Shown here piece after piece: positions 51,629-64,000 of a stretch of 64,000 nt of DNA. Origin of the DNA: Owenia fusiformis (Eukaryota); assembly GCA_903813345.2 (NCBI GenBank), contig CAIIXF020000001.1, positions 36,332,001 through 36,396,000 on the forward strand. The letters run 5' to 3'. Both the position numbers and the translations under genes were made by a program. A model generated the notes under the pieces. The model saw only the letters and a program-made list of their open reading frames with translations. It ran no database searches and was not told where the DNA came from. How positions within the stretch are numbered: position 1 is the first letter of the stretch; each line of letters opens with the position of its first letter.

Positions 51629-53243
51629 AACAGAGATAAGTCCCTATAATCCTTTGAATGTTGAATATTTCGAAAATAAGTTGAAATTTCATCCTGATCG
51701 TGAATTTGTAAATAATATAATACAGGGTGGTACATTTGGAGTTAATCTTGGCTACACAGGACCTCGGGGTCCAAGAATTCATAAAAATTGGAAATCAACA
51801 CAAACATATAGTGAAGCCGTGGAGGCTAATATACTCAATGATTTGAAAATAGGTCGTAAAGCAGGACCGTTTATCACACAACCGTTCTCTAATTTTGTCG
51901 GCTCTCCGATGGGCGCATACGCTAAAAAGCGCTCGGTTCCTGTAAAGTACAGGATTATACATGATTTGTCATGGCCGCCAGGTGGCGCTATAAACGATTT
52001 TATCTCAAAAGAAGATTATTCGTGCTCATATGTATCTGTTGACAACGCTATAACCCTAATTAAAGCCCATGGGCGTGGTAGTTTGATGAGTAAAATCGAC
52101 CTAGCAGACGCTTTTAAACATATTCCAGTGAGACAAGCTGACTGGGAACTATTAGGTACGACATGGGAAATGATCGATATGGATAGCGGTGACACAGTAA
52201 TGGTGTATATAGTAGATTTAGTTTTGCCGTTCGGTTCCAGAAGTTCACCTAGAATATTCTCAGATTTCGCGGACGCTCTACAATATATTATGATAAACAA
52301 TGGCGTTAGTTCGTGTATACATTACTTGGATGATTATTTTACGTGTGGACCCCCTGAATCTGATATGTGCAATAACAATTTGAATATTATGTTAGAAACA
52401 TGTGAAGATGCCGGTTTCACAGTTAACAAAAAGAAAACTATTTTACCAACATCGAAGTTAGAGTTTCTGGGAATCGAGATAGACTCGGAAGTTCTCGAGA
52501 TGAGGATTACAAATAACAGATTGGTGGACATTTTAGATGAGCTTAAAGCGTGGCGATATCGTCAAAAAGCGTCGAAAAGAGATATCCTGTCTTTGATAGG
52601 AAAACTTAACTTTATATGTAGACTAGTGCGCAGTGGTAGAACGTTTCTACGAAGAATGATCGATTTATCTACTTCAGCGAAATACCTGCATCATAAAATT
52701 AAACTGAATAAATCGTTCAGATCTGATATTCAATGGTGGCTGTATTATCTCCCAAGATGGAATGGGATTTCCGTATTCTACGAAGATCAATGGACCACGA
52801 ACACACAGTTAAAGCTATTCACAGACGCATCTGAAAAATCCTATGGAGCATATTTCCAAGGAGATTGGCTTAAAGGATCGTTCGCCAAGGAAGATTCCCA
52901 TCAAAATATCACATGGAAAGAACTTTACGCCATTGTTGTAGCAATAGCTACTTGGGGAAAACAGCTTTGCCAGAAAAGGATTATAATCAGATGTGATAAC
53001 GAAGCCATAGTACATGTGGTAAACTCAGGAACAAGCAGAAATAAACACCTAATGTCACTAGTCAGAGCCTTATTCTTCTATTGTGCCTCAGTCCAATGCG
53101 AATGTAGATGCGTGCATATAGAGGGACAGAAGAATATATTAGCCGATGCGTTAAGTAGAGACCAAATGGACAAGTTTTATAAGTTCGTGTCATCAAACGA
53201 TACGAGGCAATGGGAACCAGTAAATATTAAAGTATTTTACTGA
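51378..53243 (+). CDS. Reverse transcriptase / RNase H, DIRS/Ngaro class
   Basis: RT motifs KYRIIHDLSWP, KIDLADAFKHIPV, LPFGSRSSPRIF, YLDD, FLGI. RNase H motifs FTDAS, KELYA, CDN, NILADALSR. Overlaps gag by 251 nt in the +1 frame; the true start is uncertain. Confidence 0.95.
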   Translation: MLPLSVTGVKEIIKCLNVHFSRRIRWRRRRKMRNRKAQEILVEKFVTNSKLENVPSEIVVLENTSAKIAKLACCHTPNVIVQSKTEISPYNPLNVEYFENKLKFHPDREFVNNIIQGGTFGVNLGYTGPRGPRIHKNWKSTQTYSEAVEANILNDLKIGRKAGPFITQPFSNFVGSPMGAYAKKRSVPVKYRIIHDLSWPPGGAINDFISKEDYSCSYVSVDNAITLIKAHGRGSLMSKIDLADAFKHIPVRQADWELLGTTWEMIDMDSGDTVMVYIVDLVLPFGSRSSPRIFSDFADALQYIMINNGVSSCIHYLDDYFTCGPPESDMCNNNLNIMLETCEDAGFTVNKKKTILPTSKLEFLGIEIDSEVLEMRITNNRLVDILDELKAWRYRQKASKRDILSLIGKLNFICRLVRSGRTFLRRMIDLSTSAKYLHHKIKLNKSFRSDIQWWLYYLPRWNGISVFYEDQWTTNTQLKLFTDASEKSYGAYFQGDWLKGSFAKEDSHQNITWKELYAIVVAIATWGKQLCQKRIIIRCDNEAIVHVVNSGTSRNKHLMSLVRALFFYCASVQCECRCVHIEGQKNILADALSRDQMDKFYKFVSSNDTRQWEPVNIKVFY

Positions 53244-53895
53244 ATACAAATCATGATAACAAAAGCTATTACAGTTATTTAGGTACAGTATATAAAACTG
53301 TAATAGCAATGTGTTTTAAATGTAAAAAACTTATATAGGACATTAATAAAGCTAGTAAATATTATAACATTTAAATATTTAAGAAACACATGTCAGCCAT
53401 CTTGAAAAATGGGGGCTTTTAACGCTATTTTACAATTTTTGCTATAACTTGAAAAGTAGTGGAGCAATATTGTTCATATTTGATTGTGACTACATGTACT
53501 TATAAGCATGGCACACTTTTTTATGACACTTTGGCTAGAAGGTGGCCATTTTGAAAATGGTCGCCATTTTACGTCCGTTATTTTACATTTTTTACTAAAA
53601 CTCAAAAAGTAATACAGTGATTTTGTTCATATTTTTGATATGTGAATACTCATTAACTAAATAGTACACTGTCTTATGATAATTTGGCTAGTGAGCGACC
53701 ATTTTGAAAATGACCGCCATTTTTACTTGTGCTATTTTATGTTTTTTACTATAACTCAAAAAGAGATAGAGCGATTTTGTTCATATTTGATATGTGAATA
53801 TTCATAAGCATGGTACACTGTCTTATGATAATTTGGCAAGTGAGTAACCATTTTCAAAATGGCCGCTATTTTTTTCTTGTGTTATTTTACGTTTT

Positions 53896-54464
53896 TATCG
53901 TACCTAACAAGAGGTACGATATTGTAGTCAGCTTGACGGGCGGCGGGCGGGCGGGCGGCGGGCGGGCGGCGTCTCACTTTTCAGCTTGTCTACAGGTTTC
54001 CAGCCAAACCATTTGAGGGATTCATCTGAAATTTTCAGGGATGTTTCTACATATTAACGTCAAGAACTGATTAGCTTTTGGGCATTCTGGGTAATTTTAA
54101 GGTGGCCATTTTGGATTTTCTGTCCTAAAATCTTCACTTTCAAGACTTGTCTACAGGTTTTCAGCCAAACCATTTGAGGGATTCATCTGAAATTTTCAGG
54201 GATGTTTCTACATATCAACGTCAAGAACTGATTAGTTTTTGGGCATTCTGGGTAAATTCTAAGGTGGCCATTTTGGATTTTCCGTCCTAAAATCTTTACT
54301 TTCAAGACTTGTCTACAGGTTTCCAGCCAAACCGTTCAAATTTTTACATATGTTACACAGTGATAAGTTCTAGAGCTGATTAACTTTTCTGCGGCCATCT
54401 TGCTTTCTTGGTCAACAAGACCACAATGCTGTGTTTTAGGTACGATATTGTTCTGTGCCTTGTT
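53896..54464 (+). mobile_element. Nested HINE, family D
   Basis: 5' atcgtacct-aacaag-aggtacgat hairpin, (GGGC/GGC)n microsatellite, ~162-bp tandem units, 3' subTIR taggtacgat, ends cttgtt. Inserted in a T run, after which the host unit resumes (tactataac). Confidence 0.8.
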
Positions 54465-57400
54465 TACTATAACACAAAAAAGCAATAGAGCGATTTTGTT
54501 CATATTTGATGTGTGAATACTCATAAGTATGGCACACTGTTTTCTGACACTTTGGCTAAAAGGTTGTCATTTTGAATTTTTGCTATAACTGAGACTGTAG
54601 CAGAAGGATTTTGTAAAAATGGCAGCCTAGCTGTTTGATGGGATTTGCTACGATTTGGCGTTGCTGTTGTCTAGTTATTTTTCATACACTCTGACAGTGG
54701 TGATTCTATTAATGTATATTGATGACAGGATGCAATCGCAAGAAATTAAAAATCAAGAATGACTATTTACAGATATTATTTGGTTATGGTAAATGAGGAA
54801 TTGCAATTTGTAGAAATGTTTGCTTTCTTGTGGTAAAGCTTTAATTCTTTCTTGGTAATATTGTTTCTTTCTTGACTTGTAGGATGAAATATGACAGATG
54901 ATAAATAACATCTAGAATGGATCTCTCCATCATCTTTAAGATCAAACAACCAGTTTAATCATCACTACAGCTCATGGTCTTGGTCAATTGAACTTTCGAA
55001 GAATCAGAATTTGATTAATAGTTTGATTCAATTCCTTGCATAATACATGTATTGAAAAATCCTCTAATATTCTTTTCTTTCCATAATTACTTGTCATGTT
55101 TTTGGCATAATTATACGTGAGTTGATCTGACACCTTTTTGGCTTATCCAATTTCTGCGTTGTTATGTCTTTAAAGATTGATTTTGAGCATTCAAAATCCA
55201 AGATGAAACAAGAATTGAAAGTTGTTCCTTCGACAATACATAGTTTAGAGACGCCAAGTAAATGGAACTGGAACTAATGGAAGTAAACAATAATTGAATT
55301 GAGGAAAGTAAGTTTATTCTATGAAGCAGGGAAGTTGAAATGTTTCCCGAAATAAATTTCCATGGCATTTCACAAACAACCCAAAATAGAAAATTAAGAA
55401 TAATCCATGAAGCCCATTTAGGTCATTTAATGTTAGCCTATTAAACCCATTAAAGTAAACCACAATAATTCAAGAGAATAATAGGGAGAACCAATAAATG
55501 GATCATGCAGTAACAACATAATATTGTGTGCTATTTAGAGAGAAATATACTCCAAAGCTCCAAATACAGTCTTTGAGAGGAATCTCTTATTGGGGCTGAA
55601 ATTTATGATTTAAACTTCAATCTTTTGATAAATGGATGATACTATAATAACATGACATAATGTGATAAAGTAACATGATGAAGACTACTAGCCCACCAAT
55701 AAGATTATTTCATGAAAACAAATTTTGACCTCACATAGTAAAATCAATGCATGTTTTATCAAATTTGAAAATACAAGAGAGCAGTTTTTATTGCCTCTAA
55801 TAAGCAAATGAGTGTTTTGATCTAATTTCCCCATCAATCTTCATTGTATTGAAATCAGGGTCCCCGATCTAACCACAAATTACATATGCATGGTTTCACA
55901 TACATGACCGAGGATTACTGGGGAGCCTATGGACTTAAAAAGGCATTTATCTTCTATTAATGTATTTGATTGATTCAATAGGAGTTTGATCTTACCCAGA
56001 TTGCGAAGATAACTGTCGATTCATTATTTAGGACTACTCTCATAAATGTTCACCATTTTGCCAAACAACAATTTCTCAGATTGATTTAGTGGATGTGATT
56101 TAGTTTGGAACATTCTAACCTCATTTGTGAATTTCTGTCAAATATAACCAGTTCTGCAAACAAAAACACAAGCTTGTGGACATCATTTATGGCAGTGTTT
56201 CCTCCTAAATGTATTTGTGTTTTATCTTAAAACAAGAAGGAAAATGAATGCGTCTGTCACATAAGTTCATTGATTAAAGAAATAATCCCAACCTTGCATA
56301 AATGACAAAACAGTTCTTTCAAGTGATGTGATAAACCTATTCATGACTTATTGATTTTACAGTGTCTTTTCAAATGTTAAATCACAGTGTACATGTACAT
56401 ATACATGTATCATGTACTTCTCATTTGTACTCTTCAACAAAAGATCGCAAATTAGCAATAATCGAAGTCCTATTTTGGCCCACAAATCCTGTTTATTTTA
56501 TCAAGTTACCAAAAATATTTGCATATTTTTCATTTATTGTATTTGAGGAACACATTTAGAATTCAATATCAATTTAATGAACTATCTTATTGGGACTTTT
56601 CGTTGCCAAACTTTTTGAGGGAGTAAATATTTATTAGAGAGCTTTCGGAATTTGTTTGTATTTTTTGAAAGTATTTTCTGAGTCAAAACAACCTTCCAGA
56701 CACCATGGTGTATTAGAAGTAACAACTCTCGCGATTCTGGTCTTTGTTTCCTCTGCACACGTTTCTTGTTTATCAACACATATTTGGCCCAACACTTTTG
56801 CCTATTTCAGTTTTATTTCAACAGCTGATAGTTTATTATAGTTACACTAATGGTAAATATCATTATGATTCACCAGGCCCTTCTCTTAACTTTGGAAATA
56901 GTGGAGGCTTGTTACCTCAGTGGTGAATTGTCGTTATTCACTGAGAGGGATTGAATATAGGTTTTATACCATGGCCAATGTGATATTATGTCATATTGAC
57001 TGAGGTATAAAACCCATATTGAATTCTGGACTGGGATAAAAGCATTTTATACCATGATGTTGAATGATTTGAATTGTGACCTTGTAAACTATAAAGATTA
57101 TCAAATATCACATGATGATCTACTTCAAAGTAAAAAAACAACATTTATTATGAATAACATATTTATAATTTTTACAAATCTTGTATTGATAATGATTGAA
57201 AATAAGATTGATTTTTAAAAAACTTTTGTTTGAATAGTTCTTCATCATGTCATAAGTAATATTACATCTGTATCGCAAAAGCTAGTAAAACTAAGAATGA
57301 CAAGCGCCATCTATTAATGAACAATAGCATAGCAGAAATGAATTTGAAGTTATCCACTCTATCCACTTGAGCAACATGGGTATCAAAGTAATTTCATAAC

Positions 57401-57921
57401 CAATGAGCATATTTATAGGGGTGATAATTTGATATTTTTGGTAGATTTCACCTATGATGTTACAGAAAGCATTTTGATAAAAAAAAAAGATGTCACTTGT
57501 GTTGTCTAAACCAATGTTGAAATGTCTAATATCCTTTGTAAGATAGTAGTTGACTTTAAAGTCTCACAATTTTAATTAAGATATATATCTAAAGTCACCA
57601 ATTAATCAGAAACAGATCTAACATTTTAGCTATATTTTGTGTTGGTTTGAAGTAAATATATTAGCAGTTTTATTATATTCACCTTTATCAGACTCCCTTT
57701 ATCTGCCTCTTTGGAAAATTTGATACAATTAGAGTGCGGGTATTTCTATGTTTTTCTCAGAGTTGAAGTTAAATGTCAATCTATAAAATAATTGGTCCTA
57801 GCCTAGACAGAGAAAGTGCATTAGTTGATGAGTTAAGGGTAGTACATGTTTAGAATTATAGATGACATAAAAGTCACATGATATTGATGCTTCACATTAG
57901 TTTAATATAACAGACATATTG

Positions 57922-58087
57922 CATATGCCTAGCCAGGGGGGGGGGGGGGGGGTTTGTGGAGAAGAAAAGAGCTTTAAAATGCTTTTTATTTTAAGATTCT
58001 AGCTCAATTTTGAGGGAAGTTGCATCAATTTTTGTAAAATTTTGTGGTTGTACCCCTCCCCCTGTCTGAAAACTGGCTATGGCCATG
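57922..58087. mobile_element. Short degenerate MITE with poly-G tract
   Basis: Imperfect TIR catatgcctagccag / ctggctatggccatg. Confidence 0.35.
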
Positions 58088-61000
58088 TATTGTATGGTTT
58101 AAAATGGTTTTACAAAGTCAATCCACAACACTTAGCCCCAATCCAAACTTTGAAACCATGGTGCAGTACAGCATTTTGCAGATTGGCTGTGCGCAGGGGC
58201 TGATCTGAAAAGGCAGGGGGGCCACATTTCATGTCTGAAAAAGGTTTTGGAAAAAAAATTGGGCTTAAATTTTGAAAATATAAGGTCCATTTTCTTGTTG
58301 ATTTGGCCCAAAATTAAAAAACATTAGCCTACAAACGCCCAGTAATGCCCAAAAAGACCGACTTATGGGTTGGGCATGTACATGTTTAGTATAATCACCT
58401 CCCCCTACAGAAAATCTTTATAAAGAGCTTGGAGTATAAGAAATTCAGCCACTCAAATTAACTCCTTTCTTGCTAACCTCAACATTACTGTGAATAAATC
58501 AACCATTGTAAAAAAGAGGTCACTAGAGGGTAATACCTACAATGCACAATAATAACAATGAAAGAAATTTTCCTGATTTTATTTTTTACCATCACTTATA
58601 GATGTCACACATACTTGTCCATATTTGTACCCCTAACACCCCTGATAGTGGACCAGTTTATCTAATCAATGATAATGATTAGGAAGTGTCTTCAGTCTGA
58701 GAGAGAGACCTCCATGTGATAAAGGGATGTAGGTTTAACAGTTTAACTGAATGGATTATAAGATTAGGAAATATGTAGTTTGATAAATTGGATTATCTGA
58801 TACCTAAACAATGGTAATATAACAAATTATTTCACTGTTAGATTTGTGACATTATATCATTATGATCAGTGGAGGAAGATTATGGCCAATGGTCATTGCA
58901 TTCTCATTTATAATCAGTGAGATAATAGCCAAGCAAAGACCTGTGCCCTTTTTTCAAGGTGAGTTCTGCCATAAGATAAACTATATTATGATAGATGCAT
59001 ATAGATGTACACTTTATGAGTAAAGAAATACAGTTTATCGTAGTGTTGAATGTCTGTAGTAAAGTGTGTTATTGTATGGACTAATAGAGAAATACCTAAG
59101 CAGATCACTTTTTCAGGATAATTTCTATTGATTTTTGTTCAGCACTCTGCAGAATATGAAAGTGCATGTAGTATATTTACCTTTTTATGATCACGAAACA
59201 TGAACATGAAGGACAATAGTATTGTTACTTTTGAGGGTAAAAATATAAAACAAGTGAGCGATTGCAAAAGCTCACCATGTGAGCTAACAACAGTGTTGTT
59301 ACTTTTTTAGGATCAGGAAACATATAAGAAACCTGAAGCCTTAAAGGACTACATTAATAGACAGAACATAATAGATATCAAACATTATTTATATGAATGC
59401 ATAAAAATTAAATTCGCCAATACTATATTTAGTATTTGATAGTATCATAACATTACAACTCACAAAACATTACACATGTGTTTTAAGGCAAAATGTCTAT
59501 CAATTCCATCAACCCATTTAACTATGAAGAAGTTACATTATAAATGCTAAAACACTGAAACCAACAAAGCAGAATAATAATCTACCATACAAAGTTCTCC
59601 ATTTAGATGTAAAGTCAAACTCTTTTAAAACAAAGGTCAATACAGACAACTCTGAGTCTCAAAACTCTTTAATTTTTTACTTTATTTGGTGAAAAATTAA
59701 GAGAAAAAATGTATATAAAAAGTGACAGTACCAGGCAAACTCCATACCAATTTCAAGATATGTAATGGATATCTGAAGATACATGCAGGAGTATCTCTAT
59801 GTCATTGTGATAAATATGTGTACCTGTGTATGCAATGATAACATATAATCTGTGATTGCCCTAGGCCAAGTCATTATGACATTTGCATGTGTGTCATAAG
59901 TTAATTTTTTATTTATACCACACTGATTGTATTTTCAAAGATTTTACTTTGAGAGTTCAGAGAAACATAATTACGATTGCACTTTAAACTCTTTCGGTAA
60001 ATCAAGCTCTGATCAAATAAATTAATAACAAAATTGTTTGCTTTAAACTGCAATTCAAAATTTCTAGCTCTACGCGTGCTTCCATTTTTATCAAATAATA
60101 CAAGAGTGAATGTCTAGTTCAAACAGGGAAGGATGAAGCGTGCCAGTAATTGAGTTATTCTATACGCTTGGTTCTTTTAACTCTAAAGACTTTGTTTTGA
60201 TTTATTTGCTTTTTCTTTGAATTGATCAATCCCCTCAAGTTAAATCCTCAAAAGGGTAAAGTTTCATGAGTTTCCTTTCATTCTTTTTTATAATAGTAAA
60301 GGTGGTAGCAGTACTATTGTCCTTTGTTATTGTTTCCATAATTTGCACACCTGTCTTTGAAATTATAACGTGGGATAATTTCTGTAGAACAGTCACTGAT
60401 TTATGGAATATTTAATTTGAAATAAATTTTAGTTTTGAAATGAATATGCACACTTCTTTGAAAGAGACTTGTAAAATTTTACAAACTGACTCGTATAAAA
60501 TTATCATGATAAAAGCAGCCATTTGTACAATTTACTGCATACTTTTAAATGATATATAACATACTGTATATACTGTACATACATAATTAAAGCTATGAAG
60601 AACTGTTTATTATCCTGCAACATACAAGTGCAGGGCAACACATAAGAGTATTGTACCATTATGACAAAATAAAGTGTTTACAAATTCTCTTGATAAATCT
60701 ATTTAATAAAGTATCCTGCACTAGTGTTGCATTCCTCTATACAATGATAATAAACCTTGCAGTACAATGCACAATTGCCTAGATTTAGTCCCTGTATAGC
60801 AATTTAGTAGAACAGTATTCCATTAATCATTCATTGATGCTTGGATACCTATGCATACATTATTGATGCAAACTCAAAGTATTCATTGTATATACATTTA
60901 TTTCGCACGTTATTATCAAGTATTATGCTAGATTGAAATAATACCTGTCATAATCGGAATGTGCGCCCTATTATGCCTGATTATAGACTGAATTAGGAAA

Positions 61001-61498
61001 CAATAATAATCAGATCTTAATAAAGATCTCCCACTCATTTCTGCCAGCGACTTGCTGAAATGTGCTGTAAGCTCTCATTAAGTCGACAGTCTCAACCTCA
61101 AAAACATCATGACATATATTAATACTGGTCCAAGATGTCCTTAAATACTGTACATAACATGTATGCACAATGATCTTTTTTGAAAGATTATCATATGTAC
61201 AATGCAAAAGCTATTGAAAAATTGGTCATTTAGAGTATAGAAAGTGAAATTCTTGCCTTTGACGAGGTATGCAAAATTCAAAACAATGTTTACAAATCAG
61301 ATTCATTGATAGTACATGTATAAGGTAAAGGTTGTTTCAACTTTTTTAGGGAGTTTTGTAGAGGTTGAACTAACTTAATGATATATATAAACCATTCTAC
61401 CATTCTATTTTTATAACATACTTTGGATATGTTCAAAACACAAACAAAAATTACTAACTTTAGATCATCATGGCTTTTAATATTTATTATTAGATGAC

Positions 61499-61892
61499 AA
61501 AGGACGATTCTCGGTTTGGAGAACGAAGTTCATCAATCTAAATGAGCATTATCCCTGCTTCGAACAAATTTGATTTTTTTACATAATATAGATTTGAATG
61601 TCCTCTTTTGAATAGTCATAATTTAATTTGGGTAATATTTCTAGATTTTTCGCAAAAAAATATTAGCGCAGTACACTGATGAACTTCTTTCCCCAAATCG
61701 AGACTTGTATTTTATTGAATCGGTCTAATTGAGCGTTATCCCTGCTTTAGACCAATTTGTTATTTTTACATCTTGTAGATTTAAATGTCCTCTTTTGAAT
61801 GTTCATAGTTTAATTTGGGTAATATTTTTATATTTTTCATGAAAAAAATTATTAGCCCAGGAGACTGTTCTCCAAACCGAGAATCGTCCTTT
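61499..61892. mobile_element. MITE with 26-bp perfect TIR and two internal ~180-bp direct repeats
   Basis: aaaggacgattctcggtttggagaac / gttctccaaaccgagaatcgtccttt; AC on both flanks. Superfamily not assigned. Confidence 0.75.
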
Positions 61893-64000
61893 ACAGGTCT
61901 GGCAAAGAGGAGGGAAAGCCCCAGAGTTTAAAGATGACAGACATAATTACGTCTCTTGCTTACCACCTTCATTCGTTCGAATTTTCATCAGCTAGTTATC
62001 AAATACTACACTTCGATGGGATGTTTTAATTGATATAGGCATATTCCGTACACCTTTCTTTATCTTGATGTGAAATGAGAAGCGATGATATTGGTTAACA
62101 CGCAGAAATGAACATAATATTATTCGAAGCGTATTTCGAAATTTTTGAAACCACCATTGATGAAGTCATTTGTTTGTCGACTTTTGACCAATCAGCGATG
62201 ATGTCATCTCAATACAGATTTACATTATAAGTGTATGTCATCTTTGAACCCTGGTGTTTCTCCCCCTTTGGGTCTGACATTTTGCCATGTTATAATTGTC
62301 TAATATTTATTATTATATATTTAAAATGTTGATCTTTTCGTTCTTTTATTAATTCAGGGAAAATCTTTGAATCTGCTTACTTAGTTATTTAAAACACTCT
62401 TCTCAAGTTTGGATTATTAGAATTCAATGAAAAAGTGATAGGGTTGAACTTATAAATAACAATTACTTTGACTCAATGGATAGGAAACTGATCCCTCTAT
62501 AAGCCATGTAGAATAATACAGATGTAGAATGTTAAGCTTATTATCTGCTCTTTCATCTTGTATTACATGTAAAACACAATCTGGGTTGTTGGTTTTAGAG
62601 TATAGGGAAGAGGAAATCATTTACATGATATTTGACACACTCCTACATACACTGTGTAGGTAAAATTTAATTCCAATTTTTTTTCATTTCTTGGTTGTTT
62701 TTGGTATAGGGGGTTGGAATGTATTCAAATACTGTAGGATATGAGCTAGATTAAAGAGTTGATTTTTAATTGAAGAGTGTAAATAGAGTCTAGGTTATCC
62801 TAGGGTAAGGGAATGGTAATACTAGATTAAGAAGTTATTTGGTATTGTAGATGGAACTAGAACAAGACATATTATATGTGCATACTTTAATGTTAATTTC
62901 ATGTTGTTTCTTCTTCAACTAAAATCAAGCCTCTTTCATTCTTATTTATGGATAAAAATGTATTTATTTATACATGTACTTCTTTTTGTGACCATTTCTT
63001 AATATTATACTATCAAACGACAATATTCTTCTATCAAACAATGCTTCAATGTCATTACTGTTTTAACTCAAATGCAATTTGACACATTTCCACAACTACC
63101 ATCGTCATGTCATCTATTACCAATTATATATAATATAATATATAATCTACTTCCAGCCATTTTTACTTATCATAATTGAGGTCACATAACCTCAACACAT
63201 TAAGTACTCATACATTTTTCTTACTAAATTAATCGCAACTTTTGCCAGAGATGGTGTTGGTGTAATTACTTCTATAATTGAGTAAGGACTGGTTTCACAG
63301 CCCTTAGAGTCTTACTGGTGTCTCATAATTCTATTAGAATACAGAATCATTTATCAATACACGAAACCTGCTGAAGTATAATTAAGTTACCCTGCCCAAT
63401 TATCTATAGTCACAAAATGTTATTATTCAACGCTTGGATGCCTGAGGCATCAATAGACTGTTATCACATTGGAAATGTGTTTTTCTATATAATTGGTTTG
63501 CCAATGTCCTGTTAGAAGTGTTACTCAATGAAATGTTTTACAAAATTTCTAAGTTGATCGAATAACAACAATGGTATTCACATGTATGACTTATTTTGTA
63601 TTTATGTTTTAAATTGTAGATTTTATAATAAAGGTTCAGTTCAAATTCTCATCATTTTATCAACACATTCATAAGTAGAGATCATTTGTATCATCAAGAT
63701 CCTGAATTCTGTTTTACAAGTTTCTTTCATTTTACCAGTCGATTGAAATTGCTAAATAATATATCATGCAGACTTGACAGATGGTTTTTCTAATGTATTC
63801 CAGCTAGAAATGATAGTGAAGATCATATCTGTGCATCTATCTGAATAAACTTTAGCACACTAAAGCCCTAAAGATAAAAACATTTACAAAGGCATTTAAA
63901 ACAACACCAGTTCCTTGTTTTACAGACCTTAACATGGTGATTTAGTTGACACCGGTTTTGACCTGTCACAATAGAGAATTTGATTTGATTTATGTTCTGA

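Larger units (their letters stand above)
50302..53307 (+). mobile_element. DIRS/Ngaro-type retroelement cassette lacking tyrosine recombinase
   Basis: Two overlapping intact ORFs; 26-bp direct repeat ttacagttatttaggtacagtatata at 50302-50327 and 53269-53294; 12-bp-stem hairpin at 53265-53307. Confidence 0.85.
50091..54676 (+). mobile_element. Family-A HINE enclosing a gag-RT/RNase H cassette and a second nested HINE
   Basis: 5' atcccatcgaac-gaa-gttcggagggat, CCGT repeats, ~150-bp tandem units on both sides of the cassette, 3' subTIR gtttgatgggat (54633-54644), hairpin gctacg..cgttgc, CTAG-TT end. Confidence 0.85.

Noticed and set aside
53244..54676. Possible tyrosine recombinase downstream of RT/RNase H
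   Set aside because: No ORF or HxxR/Y motif on either strand; the sequence is HINE tandem units and a nested HINE.
61010..61207. Short ORF with a plausible amino-acid composition (also 55162-55368)
   Set aside because: No recognisable motif or convincing splice-site pair; cannot be supported as an exon.

Overview
AT-rich, CpG-poor eukaryotic genomic DNA. The repeat repertoire suggests an invertebrate animal, possibly a lophotrochozoan (inference). The only host genes I can support are a minus-strand cluster of three-exon DUF1647-like, type II membrane, glycosyltransferase-like genes. One copy is intact (27609-24783). A second locus (36495-33161) was partly duplicated in tandem, leaving one frameshifted and one intact last exon. 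The rest is transposon-derived: a 4.3-kb foldback Academ (AcademX/XPG-type) element and an Academ-like MITE, about seven Helentron-type non-autonomous elements (HINE/DINE-1-like), a Transib-like MITE, a Tc1/mariner remnant, LINE fragments, other MITEs and minisatellites. The most unusual item is a ~3-kb DIRS/Ngaro-type gag + RT/RNase H cassette at 50302-53307. Both ORFs are intact, but there is no tyrosine recombinase. It is bounded by 26-bp direct repeats, has a 3' hairpin, and sits inside a complete Helentron-type element (50091-54676). All family assignments come from motifs and termini read by eye; no database searches were run.
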